A DNA stretch of 63,931 bases, the filler included, from Folioceros fuciformis (taxonomy: Eukaryota), in NCBI GenBank assembly GCA_049999805.1. It is 20 parts of 20 records of this genome, joined end to end, with 100 filler letters (N's around TTAATTAATTAA, not from the genome) between each part and the next. Parts side by side here need not be neighbours in the genome. Positions count along the whole stretch, not along the records: positions 22,952 to 25,782 come from JBNGIO010005036.1; positions 25,883 to 32,032 come from JBNGIO010005037.1; positions 32,133 to 33,625 come from JBNGIO010005038.1; positions 33,726 to 35,357 come from JBNGIO010005039.1; positions 35,458 to 38,421 come from JBNGIO010005040.1; 15 more parts are not named here. One strand, given 5' to 3'. Numbering within the stretch: the stretch's first letter is position 1; every line of letters begins with the position of its first letter. The notes beneath the pieces are model-generated. The model was given only the letters and a program-made list of their open reading frames with translations, was not told the DNA's origin and did no database searches. A program made the translations under genes and the position numbers. Below, in pieces: positions 22,952 through 37,598 of the stretch.

Positions 22952-25782
22952 TCCAACAATTTGTACCCCTTGATCCCTTCCGTATAGCCAACAAACACAT
23001 ACTTGCGGGCCTTGTAGTCGAGCTTAACTCGCTGATCCTCCGCCAGGTGAGCATATGTTGTTGCACCGAAAATCCTGAGGTGATTGATTCTCGGCTTGTG
23101 ATTTGTCCAGCGCTCATATGGTGTTGCACCTGTGAATGCGCTGGTGGGAACCCTGTTCCTAATGTACACAGCTATACTTACCGCTTCAGCCCAGTATCCT
23201 CTTGAAAGGCGTGCTTGCTGAAGCATTGCTTTGGCTGATTCCTTGTGTGTCGGTTTGAGATTTCAGCTATAGGATTTTGTGCTGATGTATATGGAGTTGT
23301 CAGCTGCCTGGCTATGCCTTCTCCCTTGCATAAATTGGCGAAGGCATCTAAAATGTACTCGCCTCCGTTATCACTCCTCAAGGTTTTAAGCAACTGACCT
23401 GTTTGCCTTTGTGCAAACATAACAAACTCCATGAAGCAGTCAAGAGTCTGACTCTTTTGTTTGATGGGGTACACCACTGTGTATCGACTCCAGTCATCTA
23501 TAAATGACAGGAAATATCTGGCTCCACCGAGTGACACTGTGGACATAGGTCCACAGATATCCGTATGTATAAGCTCCAAAAGTTTGGTAGCACGAGTTGG
23601 GTTGTTGTCTTTGTATGGACCTCGGTGGTGTTTGCCAAACACGCATGCCTCACAGAAAGGCTTCTCAACGGACTTCAACTGAAATTTTTCCCGGTAAAGG
23701 GTGTCACTCTTGGCCATCATGTTTAATTTGTCAAAGTTTGTGTGTCCCAAACGAGCATGCCACAGCCTCGCATCCCGCTCATCCTTCTGTGCTTGTGTCA
23801 GATTTGCCATTGGTCTGCCATGTCCATACTCAAGGTCCAGCTTGTACAGGTTATGCTCTGGTGTACCAATTGCAAACACTTCTAATTTGTTTGCCTGGTC
23901 AACTATGTGGCATTGCCCATTTGCACATATGGTGCTTAATTTGTGCTGTACGTCTAACAAGTAGACTGAGACCAAGTTCTTGACCAGGGTTGGTACATGC
24001 AGAACTTCTAATAGGACTTCAACTCTTCCAGTTGTGGACTGAACATAGACCTTGCCTATTCCTTTGATGGGCAGACCCCTATCATCACCAAGTAGCACAA
24101 CCTGACCACTTGGCACCTTTCTATACTCTGAGAACGCTGATCTGGTATGACAAATATGTGACGACGCCCCTGAATCGAGGTACCACGCATCTCTGAATTG
24201 TGGTGTGGACATCATGTAAACTGCTAGAACTGTATTGGGCTTTCTAGATGCCATGTTGGCTTCAGGTGGGGCCGTCCTGCGAGGCTCTCCTGCCTTTTTT
24301 TTCCTGCAGTCTGCCTCCCAGTGGCCTGGGATGAGGCACCAATTGCAGGTGCCCTTCTTCTTGGTGGATGCTATTGGTGGTCGACGCTTGAAGCTCCCAC
24401 TACCTCCAGCATTTTGGTACTGTGAACCCTGACGCGATGGCTGTTTCTTTGAGCCTCTGTTAGTGTAGAGCACTTGATTTGAGGACTCTCCTCTGAAGGA
24501 GGTACCTCCCCTGCTTGCGATCCTTGTGGATTCTTCCTCCAGCAAGGCTCCAATTAAATCTGAGAGGGAGACTGTAGGAGTCTGTCCAGCTGGTGTGGCC
24601 TGGGCCACATTTCGCATATGTGTGCAGTGGTTGCTCACAAAGACACGATAGCTGTCAGGCAGGGACAGGAGAAGAGCCACAGCAGCCTGCATCTCAGTCG
24701 TTGCTGTCCCACTGGAGGTGAGCTTCGACCTCAGCATTCTGAATTTGATGACGTGTTGTTCCACTGATTCGTGCTCCTTCATCTTGCAGTTGTAGAAGGC
24801 ACGAGTTGCACTCACCATTGATGACCCATTCAACACTCTGTAAATCTGGTTCAGAGAGTCCCAAACATCTTTTGTTGTTGCAGCATCTTGAGTATGATGC
24901 ATCATTGACCCGTCGAGGGCTGACTGAATGATGCCCAAAGCTCGAAGATCTGATTTTGCCCATGCATCTACATCTACCTGGGCTGCTCCTTGCGGAGGTT
25001 TGGGCACTGTGCCCGTCACGATGCCCCAAATGTTGTGCTCTCTCAAGATGGTCTAAACTCTAAGTGCCCAAATGTCAAATTGAGTGCCATTGAATCTGTC
25101 TTTTTCTTTGAAATCTATCTTGACGTTTGTGACAGTGGTTGTATTGTTTGTGACAGTCTGCGGTGGCTGGTTTGCCATATTTCCAACCGCTTGATGTGCA
25201 AGGGCTTGACCCGCTTGTGCTAATGCATATTCCACGGCTAGCTGTGCAACCGATACAGTTTGCAGGCCTATGCTTGACTGGGAGGATGCAGCCTCCTGAT
25301 TCAGGCCAAGTGGGTCAACTAGGAAGGGATCTGAACTTGTGTTTCCTCCTCTTCCTATGCCGCGACCTCTATGCCTGCTTCATGGGTCTCTGGTACCCCT
25401 TCCACGGTTGCTATTGGACATGAGCCAGCTTAATCAGATGCCTGATCATGGGTTGACCGAGAAATGGCTTCTCGTTTCCATGACTCAAAGGACACTGGCT
25501 GGGATTGATCTATCTCCGGGTCTGCACTGGTCTTGTCAGGTTGCATGGCAGATTTATGGAAGACAGGGAGCCTGGCAAGCAGTTCTATCTGGTGTGTGAG
25601 AGTCACTATATGTCTTTGAGAGTTTATGACCCTTTCTGTCAGATCAGACACCTACTGCCTGTGCCTTTCGGATTCAGACCTGAAACTATAGTATAAGTCC
25701 AGGAGGGTTAGATCAGGCTTGGGAGGATATGTACTCGCACAAATTTTGCAGATGGGAGTCTCCCTTGCCCTTTGTGCACTGA
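22952..25782 (-). mobile_element. Ty1/copia 5' region: upstream ORF remnant, gag, protease, integrase
   Basis: DFKEKDRFNGTQFDIW gag start, CNWCLIPGHWEADC knuckle, WYLDSGASSH, WHARLGH, IHTDICGP and LRSDNGGEY. Stop at 25053 and a frameshift near 23240. Confidence 0.95.
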
Positions 25783-25882
25783 NNNNNNNNNNNNNNNNNN
25801 NNNNNNNNNNNNNNNNNNNNNNNNNNTTAATTAATTAANNNNNNNNNNNNNNNNNNNNNNNNNNNNNNNNNNNNNNNNNNNN

Positions 25883-27131
25883 GCGGGGTGGTGACCATCG
25901 CCGGGAGGAAGACCGCGAACGGAAGCACCAACGTGAAGAGTCTCGTAGGGAGGAGGAACATGGTGGAGAGTGCCACTTGGTGGCCATGGCCGACACCTCA
26001 ATGGCAGCAGTCAAGCCTGGGCGATGCAGCGTAAGAGAGGCACACGTTTCACAATTGGTTCCATGTCCATTAGTGCAATGCGGGGCGGACGAGTTCTAAT
26101 GGCGGATTCCGGAGTGTTGTGTGTGCAGGGATTCATGTTGATGGGAGGCAAGAGCGAACAGTGCGGCAGCGTGATGCAAGGCTTCAGCAAGGAAATGCTG
26201 GCGGCTGCTTGGAACGTGGACGAGCAGGTGGTGGACAGGCTGGTTAACAGTCAGCGGGAAATTGGCATCATCCGAGTGGACAGGGACCACCCCTTCCACG
26301 ATCTCATGTGCAATCGGTGTGGACGTGAAGGCAGCGAGTCGGAGTCGATGGGATCGATGTCCATGGTGCACTTCATGTACGACATGGAGCACGCCAACTG
26401 CGACCACTACAGCAGCCGGGGAGGGTGCATGACTATCCTGAACCGCTTCCGCCTGCCTGTGCTCGAGACCATGCGCCCGCAAACTGGGATGGGCGCTACC
26501 AGAATTCGCCTGGAACCTGGAAGTCCAGAATCGGCGATGGCATCACTGTCTTGTCCTGTCCTGTCGGACCGCTTCGGAAGACTAGACATTTCATCCATAC
26601 TGTATTTCTGGTTCTTCATGCTCTGTTCCTGATCGAATCATGTCTCCCTCTCAGGAGGCGATGGTGGCTCCTGGGTACATGGCCAATGGACACAACATGG
26701 TGTACTGCAGCAAGGGATCAGTCCGTGTGCAAGTGGTGAGGCCCAACGGTGAGCGCTTCTTGGACGAGGAAATGGAAGAGGGTGACATGCTGATGGTCCC
26801 CATGGGCCATCCGGTGATGAAGCGAGCTGGCCGCGAAGGTTGCGAGCTGATCGCCTTCACCACCACCGACATGTACGTCATACGATTTCATTTGTTTCGG
26901 CCAAGTTCGGGTAGCTGGGATGCGCCTTGTTGTGTGTGAGCTTACATGTGGGATGAACGCAGGCCCATGCCAATGCATATGGCGGGAGAAGACAGCGTGT
27001 TGAGGAACATGCCCGAGGAATTGCTGATGGCTGCATTCAACGTGGACGATAGGATGGTGACAGAGGTGATGAAGCGGCGCACCAGGCATGCTGCCATTCT
27101 GCCACCAGGGCGTGAAGAACGTGAGGACTAA
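25883..27131 (+). CDS. 11S globulin/legumin-like bicupin, Met-rich; 5' end missing, one non-canonical donor
   Basis: Predicted exons <25884-26030, 26129-26518, 26655-26872 and 26963-27131. Motifs GFSKEMLAAAWNVDE, GGCMTILN...LPVL, GSVRVQVV.PNGER, GD.L.VP and HMAGEDSV....PEELL.AAFNVD match 11S-like cupins. Confidence 0.88.
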
Positions 27132-27431
27132 GAGAGTTTATAAACATGGTGGTCACCCTCTTCACATGGACCTGGACATGTTGTACAAGAACTTAGGGTG
27201 TGAGAACTACTAGGTCGGGCAGGCCCTCTAAACGTGGACTTGGGTTTGTTGTACCAGGTTGACCTGAGAGGTCTGAAGTTTTGACGGACTGGGTGCGGCA
27301 TATGCAAATATGTACTAGCATATGTACGCGATTACCCTGGTTATGTTACGTGGTAGCTGTGTATAGGAAACTGGTGTGCTAGATTCAGCGTCTCGCTCAT
27401 TGGCGCACTTATGCCAGAATAAAGTCGTGTT

Positions 27432-27462
27432 TTGGAACTGGAACTGGAACTGGAATTGGAAG
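27432..27462 (+). repeat. (TGGAAC)n hexanucleotide microsatellite
   Basis: tggaac tggaac tggaac tggaat tggaag. Confidence 0.8.
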
Positions 27463-27644
27463 TGGAGTCACAGACAAAAGCTGTGCGGGGTTGGCAGACG
27501 CAGTGACAGGCCAACAATTACATTCGCCGTGGAAAGAATTGCCGGGGCCGTGTCGTTGGCAACAATCCTGGATAATGCAGCGTGGGCTACACGATTGATA
27601 TTTGCTACGCTAACAATTTGATCTAGCTAACTGGAGGACAAACT

Positions 27645-27779
27645 TGTTGATACCTAGGCTAGTAATGCTGATAGACATGTAGCAACAACCTGGTGATACC
27701 TAAGCTCATGGTACTGAGAGACATGTAGCAGCATCCTGTTGATACCTAGGCTAGTAATACTGATAGACATGTAGCAGCC
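27645..27779 (+). repeat. Three tandem copies of a 46-bp unit
   Basis: TG(T/G)TGATACCTA(G/A)GCT...GA(T/G)AGACATGTAGCA at 27645, 27691 and 27737. Confidence 0.9.
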
Positions 27780-28856
27780 GGTGGGCACGACGAATCCATG
27801 AAGGAGACGAGACTGTGATCGGAATTGTTCACTGGAATTCGACTCAGGCTCCACGTCCAAAGAGGGCCGGGCCGGGCTTGCCAGATGAAAGAGCGTCATC
27901 GACCTCTAGACCTCGCCTCTCCCACATCGAGTGAGTGAGTCAATACATTGCCTTTCGCCCACAGAAGAAACGGCGCACGAAACTTGGTGATCAACCAATT
28001 ACAGCTAACCATGAAGCTTGATTCCGACACTTAGTCCCTAATCGGCTCCGGCATTTCGTTTGTACACTGCTGAGCGTGCATGCGAAAATCTCACGAAAGG
28101 CAAACAATCGTCAGACACTTTGCACGAACCGACATGCGTGTAGACCATTTGGACGATCCAAGCTGTCGCGTCGGTGTAACAGTTTGATGCAAGCGAGCAC
28201 GCAAAGCTACAACGAACCAGGGGGACACCGAGAGGTTAAGAACATTAAACGATCAAATTTCATCAAAGATGAGGCACCAAGATAACAACAGCATCAAGTG
28301 CAAGAGTAGGAAATGTCCACAAGTTTGCTCAGGTCAAGTTGCAAGGCCTAGAGATACATCTACCAGGGAGCACCATGGCCTAACCAATCAAAAACCTCTG
28401 CCCGTGTACACACATCACAGGCAGGGCACAGGTGGTAAGGAACACCATATAAAACTTTCGCAAAGGACAGACGGCGAGGAACTCCACTCCTAAAGGCTCC
28501 ACATCACCTTCAAGCATTTAGAATATCCAGCCTGAACTGATTACTCGGCCACCTTACAGCCCAAAAATTCGGCTTGCCACCAGGAGACATAAAATACCAT
28601 GGCAGCAGTAGGTGGCAACCCTACCACGTTGTGAGACATAAGAATGAAGGCTGCATCAAGTCATCCCACAGTAACTATGGCTGAAATCAACTTCCACAAT
28701 TTTGGAAGCCTAAGAGACAAAATTGCTCAACCATTACAGCCCATGAATCCAGAAACTCTCCAGTCCAGAAATAGATAGATTAATACCCTCCTCCCAGAGA
28801 CCAGCTGCAACCACACTCCCGAACCCTCTTCCAGTTGCAGCACCCTTGGTGTCACC

Positions 28857-31896
<3,040 letters not shown>

Positions 31897-32848
31897 TCAC
31901 AAGTAAGAAAACCTGTGCCCTAGGCTCCCATATATAGATTTGCGATAAGGTATTGCAAAAACTCCACTCCCACAGGCGATGACGCTTCTATTTATCCCCC
32001 AAGACCACGCACGAAGAACAAAGATCAACAATNNNNNNNNNNNNNNNNNNNNNNNNNNNNNNNNNNNNNNNNNNNNTTAATTAATTAANNNNNNNNNNNN
32101 NNNNNNNNNNNNNNNNNNNNNNNNNNNNNNNNGGTTTGGTATGCCATAGTCTTGCCATTTATCGTATACGTCGTTTTATAAAATTTAACAGACAAAATCA
32201 ATTCAAATTTACAGCAATATTAAATGAGAAGGGATATGCACTTATATCTTTTGAGACTCATACCGATTACTTTTCTTAAAAAACCTCAGGTCCTCTGAGG
32301 TCGACGTCTCTGGTTTGTTCATTTGGGGTTGAAAACTCGCATATTGTAAAACCGTCGCAGGTATTACAGTGACAGATCCCGCCGTGAAAAAGAGGAGCAA
32401 TTCTCTTCGCGCCCCACGCAGAACGACTGTGTTGGATTATGAAACACCATCCAGTTCATAACGGATTCTGCACCCCATTCACAGCGAGATAATTTGGATC
32501 ACACAATTAGTCCTAGCCGCTTCGTAGCGATGGGCAATCCAGAGGGAATACGAGATCCAACCGAGTCCCAGCCATTTGCAATCCCACTGATAAAAAGACG
32601 CATAAAACGCCTGTGGCTAGGCGAAACGCTTGGCACCAAATTGTTGGCGCCACGATGAGACATAGATATCGAAAACCCACCATGGCCATACAACCTGCAA
32701 CATTTCACGGTACTTGTGCTCGGTGATGTGGATAGAAAATGCACAGGGAGGCACAACCCAGATCACCTGCAAAAAATGATTCCATCAATTTTCATCGATG
32801 GGACCAATGAGAGGTGCTCCACTCCCGTCTTAAGCACGCATGCGTGGA

Positions 32849-33625
32849 TCATGTGTAATCATACAGCGAAATGCTCTTATCCTCAGAAACACTGGCAAGC
32901 CTGCCAGCCCTCACACCCTCTGCTCCACGAGGCTTGAACGCCACCGACCATACTTGGACCGTGTGATCAGTCATGGTCTGCACAGAGGCTCTCATCCTCA
33001 AGTCCCAGAGCCTGACAGTCTTGTCGCTCGAGCCCGAGGCAAGGGCGGCCCCATCCGGACTCACATCAACACACAGCACGAAATTCGCATGCCCTCACAT
33101 AGCACCGATGATCTTCCGGTTCTCAGCATCATACATATGGATATGCTTGTCATCACACGCAAAATCATATTAACCACAGGCGAGAACGCCAGGGACCTCA
33201 CGGGCATGGTATGCCCGTCCAGCTCGTGCAGTAACTTCCCCACGAGCAACATCAAAAACCGCCACCGTGCCATCCATGGTGCTACAAGCAAGCCGTCTTC
33301 CATCCGCACTCCACGCCGTGGCCAACACAAACTTTCCCCCGCCTTTCTCAACCGCCTTCACGTCCGCCGTGTCCCCCCTCGGCACAGTCAGAGCCTTCTC
33401 CATCTTTCAAGAACTGGTGCCCCACAGCTTCACCGACGCACTCCCTCCTCCAGCAACAGCCAGATAATTCCCCTTGGGGTCGAACTGCATCAGCCATGCC
33501 TCCGACGGCGGTGACTCCAGCGTCGTCACCGTTTCATTGGTGTCCCCTTCGAAAATACGGACGAGGCTGTCTATGGACGTGGACGCCACAATCGTGCCAG
33601 ACGGATGAGCCGCCACTGCCACCAC
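32849..33625 (-). pseudogene. VIP3: Degenerate WD40 protein VIP3/SKI8 (WDR61) copy, 5' end missing
   Basis: VAAHPSG.I.AS.SIDS.VR, LESPPSE.W.MQFDPKG..LAVAGG.SASVKLW and C-terminus ...VRAGRLASVSEDKSISLYDYT. Premature TGA codons at 33407-33409 and 33095-33097, a frameshift near 33240 and a short deletion near 33170. Confidence 0.88.
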
Positions 33626-33725
33626 NNNNNNNNNNNNNNNNNNNNNNNNNNNNNNNNNNNNNNNNNNNNTTAATTAATTAANNNNNNNNNNNNNNNNNNN
33701 NNNNNNNNNNNNNNNNNNNNNNNNN

Positions 33726-35357
33726 GGGAGGGAGGGAGGGTGGGTGGTCTTCCAAAAAAAAAGTGTGCCTGGAAACTCTCTTAAACCCAGGAGGGGGGGG
33801 CCTGCCGAATCCCACAGAGAGTACTATGTGGGGGATGGTTCCTCGGGAGCCCTCCCACTTCAGAACCGACGAATTCTCACGAGGAGCGCGGCCGAACGGG
33901 AGCTGATCGTCGCCCACGGGCGGCGGCTGTTTCCCACTCCCGGCCAATGCGTTCAGTAGTGCTTTCAAGAATTCTTCTGAGCCGCGGCGGCGGGCCTCCG
34001 GGCGACGCGACCTGCTACCTAGCGAGAGATGAGGGCCAATTCCGGTTTGCAATCTCAGAGTCAGTTTCGTGTGGGTTGCCGATCCCGGCGTGTTCCGTAG
34101 ATCAAGGAGTTTTGGGAGTCCCTCGCCGTGCATTCGGTGGGGGACGCTGTCGGGTGCGTCTTGTGCAGATTCGCGGTGGAGCGAAGCGCGTGACCAGAGC
34201 CAGTGACCAGAGTGCGGGAGGCGACGCCCGCGGTGTTGTCGAGCCGCCCCCCTAGCTTCCCTCGGGGAGAGCGGGGCGGGGAGAAGTGTTCGCCGCGAGC
34301 GTCAAGCTCCGCCGGGTCGGCCCCTCCGAGACCGCTAGCGTGGCCCACTGTGTTGTTCGCAGTAGCGGGTATCATTTCGCGACGCGGGCGCGGTGCGGGC
34401 CGAGGGGTTACATTCGGAACGGAATACGAGGTAATCGGGTGGGGGTCGCGCCGTCGCCGTGAAACGCGGCGGCCGGTCCCCCCCGTGAATCTTCTTGCTC
34501 AATCGTTTTGCCATCCACGCCCCGCCCTTCCGAGGGCGGGGGAGGCAGGGGGCTCCGTGCCGCCGCTGCCGCTCGTGGCTCTGGTTGTGCCTGCTTTTCG
34601 TGTGTGCGTGCGCGTGCGTGCGTGTGTGTGCCTCCTCTCCCCGCGAGGGAGAGCAGGCTGTCCCTGCTGTGACCGTAAGATTCAGGGGTGGATACTCTGC
34701 CCAGGGAACCGGGAGGGAGGCTCCTCCCGAGCACGGAGGGGGACGCGATGCCCTCCTCCTCCGGGTCGTGTCGTGCCCGGATGTCCAGCCAGGCCGGGGG
34801 CCTGCTGGCGAGGAAGCTTCTGGGCCCTCGGGCACCATGAGACTAGCTGCGGGGACGCTGTCGGGACGCGCGGAAGGGTGACGATGTCTCTATCCGAGAG
34901 GGGATGGCTGTTCGAGGCGCGAAAGCGGAAGAAGCGTGGGATGCGTGCCGAAAGCCATCGGGCTCCGCGTCGCACCCGTCAGTTCGCCCCCTTCGTAAGT
35001 GAGTAGGTTGTGGTGTGCCTCTGACCATCCGAGTACTCAGTCGAATTAAGGAACCCGGGGGACCCGACAAATCAACGAAGCTCCGCCCCTGCATAAAATT
35101 GCACGTCGCAGTGCTGGCCTGCGCAAAGAGGCCAGCGGACCCCCCAGGCACCGTCGGCAGCGCTACCCAACACGCCGGGCCCCCATTGGGGACTGGGTGC
35201 AAAAAGGAACTTGGTCGCACGGTATGGGGTCTCGGGCGTGCAGGGGACGATGCGGGGCAACAACATAACGACGCCGCATAAGCGGCGAACCACGACTGGG
35301 GAAAGGGGAAGCTTAGGATGACTGAAACTTGGGCGTCCCCTTGATGACAAGAGGGGG
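33726..35357 (+). other. Probable 45S rDNA intergenic spacer / Pol I promoter / 5' ETS fragment
   Basis: Very GC- and CpG-rich non-coding contig. TATGTGGGGG at 33825-33834 resembles the plant Pol I initiation consensus TATA(T/G)(A/T)GGGGG. No 18S sequence is reached, so the call is unconfirmed. Confidence 0.5.
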
Positions 35358-35457
35358 NNNNNNNNNNNNNNNNNNNNNNNNNNNNNNNNNNNNNNNNNNN
35401 NTTAATTAATTAANNNNNNNNNNNNNNNNNNNNNNNNNNNNNNNNNNNNNNNNNNNN

Positions 35458-36898
35458 TTTCATTGGGTAAGTCCAAGAGTATCTGCTATAGTCGTCAGTA
35501 ATTGTCAAGTAGTAGAGAGAGCCACCCAGAGAGGCAACATGGATCTTCCCAGAAATGTCAGCATGGACAAGTTCTAAAATATTGGAAGTTCTATGTGCAG
35601 GCGTCGAAGGGAAAGGCAACTCCTTCTGCTTAGATACAATGTAGGCTGTACAACTAGGTAACTCTCGAAAGCACTTGGGAAGAGGTTCCCGATAACAATT
35701 AAGCTTAGACATCCGAACTAACTTGTCCTGGTTGGCATGACCTAGACGTGCATGCCAAAGTTGGGCAAGTGCTTCCTGCGACTTAGCAACAAGGTGAGCG
35801 CGTCGAGCAAGAACACACACCATATCTAGGCAATACAGGTCATGTTCTAAGAGACCTTGAGCAACTAGGGACTTGCTAGAATTTGTGTGAAAAATACGGC
35901 AGCCTATAGAAGTAAAAGTGATATTGTAGGCACTAGTACGTAACAGCTGACTGACGGACAGCAAGTGGTTTGCCATATCAGGGACGTAAAGGACATCATC
36001 AAGCTGGAAGTGCTGACCACAGGAATTTTGAAAATGGCAAGAACCTTTGCCAAGTATCTTCAAACCTGAACGGGTGAGTTCATCACCGAGCAGCACCCTC
36101 TCAGAGGTAAGAAGAGGAACGAAATTGTTGATCAAACTCCTGTCGTGGCATATGTGTGTCAATGCTCCTGAATCCAAGTACCAAGCATTATCTGTCTTGG
36201 AAGAAGTAGACAAACAAGTTGTTAAAACCACCGACTGCTTGGTGGCAGACTCGCTAGAGGAAGATTTGGCCTTGGAGATAGTGTGAGCAGCAGCCCCTTT
36301 TTGAGAAGACTCAGCTCGTTTGGGTTCCCCAGATTTCTTTTTACGACATTCCCTCTCCTAATGGCCAACTGCACCACACCAATGACAGGAGCCGGTGCGT
36401 TTGATCTGGCCCGGTATGGAGTCTTTGGAAGAACCAGCTGCAGGTGAGTATCCAGATCTCGTCTTGCTATAGTTGCCTAGCCTAGATTTAGAACTAAAAA
36501 GTACCTTATCCATCTTAGTGCGGCTAGAGTTGGAATGTGAGCCGGTTCATGTCTACTCTTCTTGAGGGTTTAGGGTTTAGGGTCCAAGGCTCCAACAACA
36601 TCTGTGAAACTGATCTGCGCTGGTTGACCAACAGCCATGGCTTTAGCAGCATTACGCAAGGATGCACCATAGCTGGAGACAAACGGCTGATAGCTCTGAT
36701 ACCATGTGAAGAATGCAAGTTGCTAGGCAAAGCAGCCATTGCATTGTACAAAACAACAATGAATAAAGAATCAATAATTACAAAGAAAAGGTTGTGTCTT
36801 ATATATCACTCTAAGTGACATTTGGATAATTAACCTAAACTATACTAACCATGACGCTGGTTACAAATACATAACCCTAACGGGGGTTATTTCTAACA
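35458..36898 (-). mobile_element. Ty1/copia 5' fragment (LTR about 36898-36705, Met PBS 36704-36693, truncated gag, protease, start of integrase)
   Basis: TGGTATCAGAGC next to an LTR bounded by TG...CA, CHWCGAVGH knuckle, WYLDSGA, LLGDELTRSGL, WHARLGH and VHADISGK. Same family as the 39796 and 59282 copies. Confidence 0.9.
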
Positions 36899-37598
36899 CC
36901 AGTCATTCTGTGATTCCAAGGGAATCAAGAGAGAATTGACTGCCCCGTATACTCCTCCATAGAATGGTGTGGTTGAACGGATGAATAAGACCATCTAGGA
37001 GAGGATGCGTAGTTTGTTGTCAAACTCTAGATTGCCTAACGGATTTTGGGCAGAAGCAGTGGTTACTAAGGTGCATCTTATTGATAGATCTCCTAATAAG
37101 GCTCTGGATGAGTAGGTTCAAGAGGAGATATGGTCTGGAAAGAAGCCATCATACAAGCATCTACGAGTGTTTGGCCGTGAGGCATACTACCATGTTCCGA
37201 AGGAGTTTCAGGACAAGTTGGCTCCCAAGTCAAGAAAATGTATTTTTCCTTGCTATGGTGAATCTGGTGAGATGGGATACTGTCTATGGGATCTAGAGGC
37301 CAAGAAGGTTGTTTGCAGCAATGATGTGTTCTTCAATGAGACCAAGATGCACAAGAAGCCTACTCCAACTGCGGAGGTGTGACGGGTGGTCTTCCAAGAA
37401 GATGGACTTGACCGTCCCGCACAGGTTGAACGTCATGACGTGCAGGAACCAGTTCCTCCACTTGTAGAAGAGGAGAGAGTGCAACCAGCTCTGGTCGAGG
37501 CGCTTGTGCTTCGTAGGTCAGGAAGGATTTCACGTCCTCTTGACAGGTATGTTGCATCTCTTGATTATGTCATGCTGACGAATTGTGGGGAGCTCTCT
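36899..37598 (+). mobile_element. Older Ty1/copia integrase fragment interrupted on both sides
   Basis: GIKRELTAPYTPP*NGVVERMN, FWAEAV, HLRVFG and KLAPKSRKCIF, with stops and frameshifts. Confidence 0.88.

Noticed and set aside
33678-35350. Numerous 100-270 aa ORFs on both strands
   Set aside because: Arg/Gly/Pro-rich products expected from stop-poor GC-rich DNA; no domain or splice structure.
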